From: Promethearchaeota archaeon
GTDB taxonomy: Archaea > Asgardarchaeota > Lokiarchaeia > Sigyniarchaeales > SOKP01
Length of the DNA: 26,955 bases
Assembly: GCA_013375475.1 (NCBI GenBank)
Contig: JABXKD010000050.1
Location: 1 to 26,955 of the forward strand
Reading direction: 5' to 3'
How positions within the stretch are numbered: the stretch's first letter is position 1; each line of letters starts with the position of its first letter. Below the pieces are notes generated by a model that made no database searches, had not been told where the DNA came from, and saw only the letters and a list, made by a program, of their open reading frames with translations. Shown in pieces: positions 25,874 through 26,955 of this stretch. The position numbers and the translations under genes are program-made.

Positions 25874-26955
25874 TTAACCAAATGGAGGATAAAGACCACG
25901 GTAGATTGGAAAGATTCTCAAAGAGCCCATAGCATTGTAAGGGAAACCATAAATGTTTGATCCATGCACGGTTAATACCCTAGAATGAAAGAGAGGTGCG
26001 TGGAAAAATCCTCTAGCTGCCATATACCATTGAATACTCTTATAGATGTCATTTCTTGCGTTATCGTCCGTTTCGGCTAAAGCTGCCTCCATTTGAGTAT
26101 TTAACCACGTATCATTGACTTGAGCTGAGTTTGAACCTGATACAGGGTTAAATAATGGATCAAGCATGTTGTAAGGATCGAGATAATCTGGACCCCATCC
26201 AATTGCGTAAACGCCTAGATGATCCACATCATCGTTTAGATAGGTAAGAAACTGAGTAAATTCGACCCCATCATCCACTACATCAACACCGATTAACTTA
26301 TACCAATTGTTCAAGGCAACAAACATGTCTTCTCTAAAGGAATTTCCGATATTATAGGTGTTTGGCACTGAAAGGAACGGACTTCCGCTATTTGCTACGG
26401 CTATCCATTGAGCATCAGTCCAGCCCATGCTACCAAATCCCATTGATACTATAATTTCCCTTGCTTTGGTGATATTATATTGAGGAGCAATAGCCTCTAC
26501 GCTTGCGTTATAGGGAGCACCAAAGCCAGGTGAAATAGCACCAACTGCTCTATTTGCGTTCCCTAGTCTTAATTCATCAACTACATAAGTGTAGTTAACC
26601 GCATAAGACATGGCTTTTCTCCATGTTACGTTATATTTTTGGTTATTGAAACCTAAATAATTGTAACTTAAACTTGGAGCTCCAGTCTCTTCAGTAAATC
26701 TATATACTGTAAGCTTAGGATCAGATTCATATAGAGCTAGATTCTGATCAGCAGGCATATTATTTTCATCAACTGCGTAGCTAAGAAAAGCGTTGTGTGC
26801 TGTAGTCACATCAGTATAGATTACAAAGATAACGGTTGGGAAATTAGCAGGAGCCTGCCAATATCGATCCCAGCGGTTTAATCGGACCTCTACATTAGGC
26901 GTATAACTGCCGTACGTAAAAGGTCCAGTACCAATTGGTTTTCCAGTAGTAAGGT
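25874..26955 (-). CDS. ABC transporter substrate-binding protein, family 5 (peptide/nickel); 5' end outside window
   Basis: Frame stays open upstream of the track GTG (KPIGTGPF...RWDRYW). YLGFN, RKAMSYAVN, YNITKAR, GWGPDYLDP. Confidence 0.9.
   Translation of the reverse strand, partial: LTTGKPIGTGPFTYGSYTPNVEVRLNRWDRYWQAPANFPTVIFVIYTDVTTAHNAFLSYAVDENNMPADQNLALYESDPKLTVYRFTEETGAPSLSYNYLGFNNQKYNVTWRKAMSYAVNYTYVVDELRLGNANRAVGAISPGFGAPYNASVEAIAPQYNITKAREIIVSMGFGSMGWTDAQWIAVANSGSPFLSVPNTYNIGNSFREDMFVALNNWYKLIGVDVVDDGVEFTQFLTYLNDDVDHLGVYAIGWGPDYLDPYNMLDPLFNPVSGSNSAQVNDTWLNTQMEAALAETDDNARNDIYKSIQWYMAARGFFHAPLFHSRVLTVHGSNIYGFPYNAMGSLRIFPIYRGLYPPFG

Noticed and set aside
1-26955. CRISPR arrays, transposases, integrases, defence systems
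   Set aside because: No regularly spaced repeats, terminal inverted repeats or such ORFs were seen. The region looks like core chromosome.

Overview
AT-rich archaeal chromosomal window, most consistent with an Asgard archaeon of the Lokiarchaeia type. It carries a Rab-like GTPase, a profilin-like protein, a RING-like zinc finger and PAC2/PAC4-like proteasome chaperones alongside mfnB, aroA', pantoate kinase, tfb, rpoP, ftsZ, RPA70/RPA32-like subunits and an aIF2beta-DUF424-NMD3-RIO1-Dim2 cluster. No mobile element or CRISPR array was seen. Four features are missing from the ORF track: a Rab-like GTPase (<1..444, minus), aIF1/SUI1 (654..983), rpoP (14454..14603, minus) and a two-intron tRNA-Leu(CAA) (9751..9910). 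The most striking observation is apparent AUU initiation. The gene for the start-codon fidelity factor aIF1 has no usable in-frame ATG/GTG/TTG and appears to start at ATT, and aroA' likewise appears to start at ATT behind a strong AGGTGAT Shine-Dalgarno. This suggests an IF3/eIF1-like start-stringency feedback circuit, which is a hypothesis. Other highlights are the anticodon on a 5-nt mini-exon, a profilin with a C-terminal extension, a THUMP-less ThiI paired with a YkgJ-type protein, and a fold-III decarboxylase lacking its catalytic Cys. All family calls are from motif recognition by eye, not database searches.
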